Source of the DNA: an uncultured Planctomycetaceae bacterium
GTDB lineage: Bacteria > Planctomycetota > Planctomycetia > Pirellulales > PALSA-1355
Length of the DNA stretch: 64,000 bases
Direction of reading: 5' to 3'
NCBI GenBank assembly: GCA_963787355.1
Contig: CAWBCP010000008.1
Span: forward strand, 327,682-391,681
This document shows positions 62,187-64,000 of this stretch, one piece after another. Position numbers and translations under genes: made by a program. The notes under the pieces are model-generated. The model saw only the letters and a program-made list of their open reading frames with translations, did not search any database and was not told where the DNA came from. How positions within the stretch are numbered: position 1 is the stretch's first letter; each line of letters starts with the position of its first letter.

Positions 62187-64000
62187 TCACGGCCGCGGGG
62201 CGCCGTCGAGGTTCGCTGGTGGCGTGCGCTGGGCTTGGGCTGGCTCGACTCGGCGGGCGCCGAGCACCTGGATCGTCACGTCGTCGATCCAGGCTTCGCC
62301 CAGGCCGCACAAGGCGAACGTCACGGCCATCTGGCCGCTGTGGCCGGCCGCGCGATAGCAGGTGAATTGCCGCCACTCGGCCCCATCGGTGATTCGCAGC
62401 GCCAACGGTTCGCCGCCCAACGTGTCGACGACCAGCAGGCCGTCGACGCTGCCGGCGATAGGCTGCTTGATGCGCGTCCAGCCTTGGATCTGCACGGTCG
62501 CTCCTTGCTCGACGTATACCGCGGGGCTGGTGATCCATAACGGCGGCGTCTCGATGGGGCCGGGCTTGCGCCTGGGGATCGGCGGCCACGACGGCCAGGT
62601 GCAGGCTCATCCGCCCGCCGTGCGGCTTGGCCGGTGCTAGCTCGACCCGCGAGGTCAGCGGTGCCTCGGCGTCGGTGTGGCCCGGCTGCCCGGTGCGCGG
62701 TGCTCGAAGTGGCGCCAGCCGGCGGCCCGCATGGCCGAGAGGTCCTCAAAGCCCCCTTCGGCCAACAGGTTGGGCCCGCGAGCGGCCAGCATCGCGTCGT
62801 GCTTGAAGCGGTAATGCTCGGGCAGCGTGACGAAGCTGGCCGTGAACGGATCGACCAGGGGCGCCGCGCCAGGCGGCACGGCCTGCTCCCAGTGGATGCG
62901 CTGCAAGATGCGCAGGGCCTGCTGTGCATAGCGGGCCTGATAGTAGGCCTTTTGCAGGCTGCCGGGCTGCGTGCTCTTGAGCGAGGCTTCGCACTCTCCC
63001 AGGCTCTTCAGAGCCGCATCGCGCAACCGCCCGGTTCCCTCGCCGACCAGCGCGTGTCCCATGTCGGCCAGCCGCCGCTCGGTGACTTCGCTCTCGACGA
63101 GCTCGGCATTGGCCACCTCGCGCGCCATTTGAGCGGCGCGGGCCTGGGTCTTGGCGATGCGGTTTCGCAGGGCCCGAATCACCACGTCGTCGCGCGTGAA
63201 GACCACCAGCGAGTCGTACTCGGCCACCAGCGATCGTTCGTCGGCCTCGCCCAGCGCGACGCGCGTGCCGCCGCTCACTCGCCGTGAGAACAGGGGCCGA
63301 AAACTGGTCGGCGACAGCTCGTAGGCGTTGTTTCCTTCGGGCACGCCGGAGACCACGAAGCCCAGCGTGCCGACGGCCGTGTTGCCCATCACGAGCTGGC
63401 TGTGCGGCGGTTGATAGATGGGCAACAGCAGCCGGCTGCGATCGGTCTCGATGACCGCGCCGGTGACGTTCTTGTCGGTGGTGTCGGCGCTGCGGCGAAA
63501 TTTCCCGAGGCCGGCCAGCGTTCGACGAGATCGAGCTCCAGGTTCAGCAGCTCGAGCGTCGCCGCTCGCCGCCGAGCCGCCGGGTCGGGCCGATCGAGCC
63601 GGTCGCGCGAGCTGAAGATCAGGCCGCGAGCCCGCGAAGCCAGCGCCGCGTGCACGAGCATCCGCAGTTGGATCTCGGCCAGGACGACGCTGGGAGCCTG
63701 GCCGCCGGACAATAGGGCCATCTGCTCCAGCAGCCGCGGCGAGGGCTCGGTCTGGATCGCGGCCCAAAGCGGCGTGCCGGCGCGGGCCAGCCGCGCGCGG
63801 TCGTGCAGCCAAGCCATGTAGCCGGCCAGCGGCATCGAGGTGCCCAGCGGCTCGCGACGCGCCACCTGGATGTCGACCGCGCGGGTGTAGTCGCGAACGT
63901 CGGACTCGGCATCGCAGATGAGAGGCCGGCGGCGCGGGTCGGCAGCCTGCACGAGCCTGGCCCAACGGCGCGTGGCCTCGAGCTCGGCGGTTGCCAGTCC
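62187..64000 (-). CDS. Large hypothetical protein with C-terminal CBM-like jelly-roll (5'-truncated by window edge; frameshifted)
   Basis: PNLLAEGGFEDL and GEAWIDDVTIQ bracket a CBM4/9-like domain. Coding segments are spread over ORFs 63389..63952, 62655..63965 and 62187..62495. Confidence 0.7.

Overview
High-GC bacterial DNA. The gene content (DUF1501 protein, carboxypeptidase-regulatory-like repeat proteins, non-canonical FabF, several lineage-specific hypothetical proteins, GTGCCAC-type intergenic palindromes) points to Planctomycetota, probably Pirellulales-like; this taxonomy is my inference. The window holds about 50 CDSs, mostly housekeeping or metabolic: gltB/gltD with an upstream LysR, a cyclophilin, rsmD, two two-component systems, yegS, a rhomboid, glgC, asnB, hpt, YgiQ, a ThDP decarboxylase, a GT9 and a FabF-like gene. 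I found no rRNA, tRNA, CRISPR array, transposase, integrase or reverse transcriptase. About 30 genes are broken by 1-bp indels, most likely long-read assembly error, so many CDS limits were reconstructed by hand across frames. Best candidates for novelty: (1) an ORF-less, highly structured ~300-nt transcript at ~26186-26491 with its own sigma70-like promoter and terminator; (2) the secreted MORN/YwqK-repeat protein just upstream, which carries a metallothionein-like (KGECKC)x6 tract; (3) an orphan divergent secretin-like gene downstream of a GH/CBM-like gene; (4) a ketosynthase with Cys->Glu and His->Asn active-site changes; (5) a small SH3-like ORF with a promoter and a TGACA-N6-TGTCA operator. 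All family assignments come from motif recognition, not database searches.
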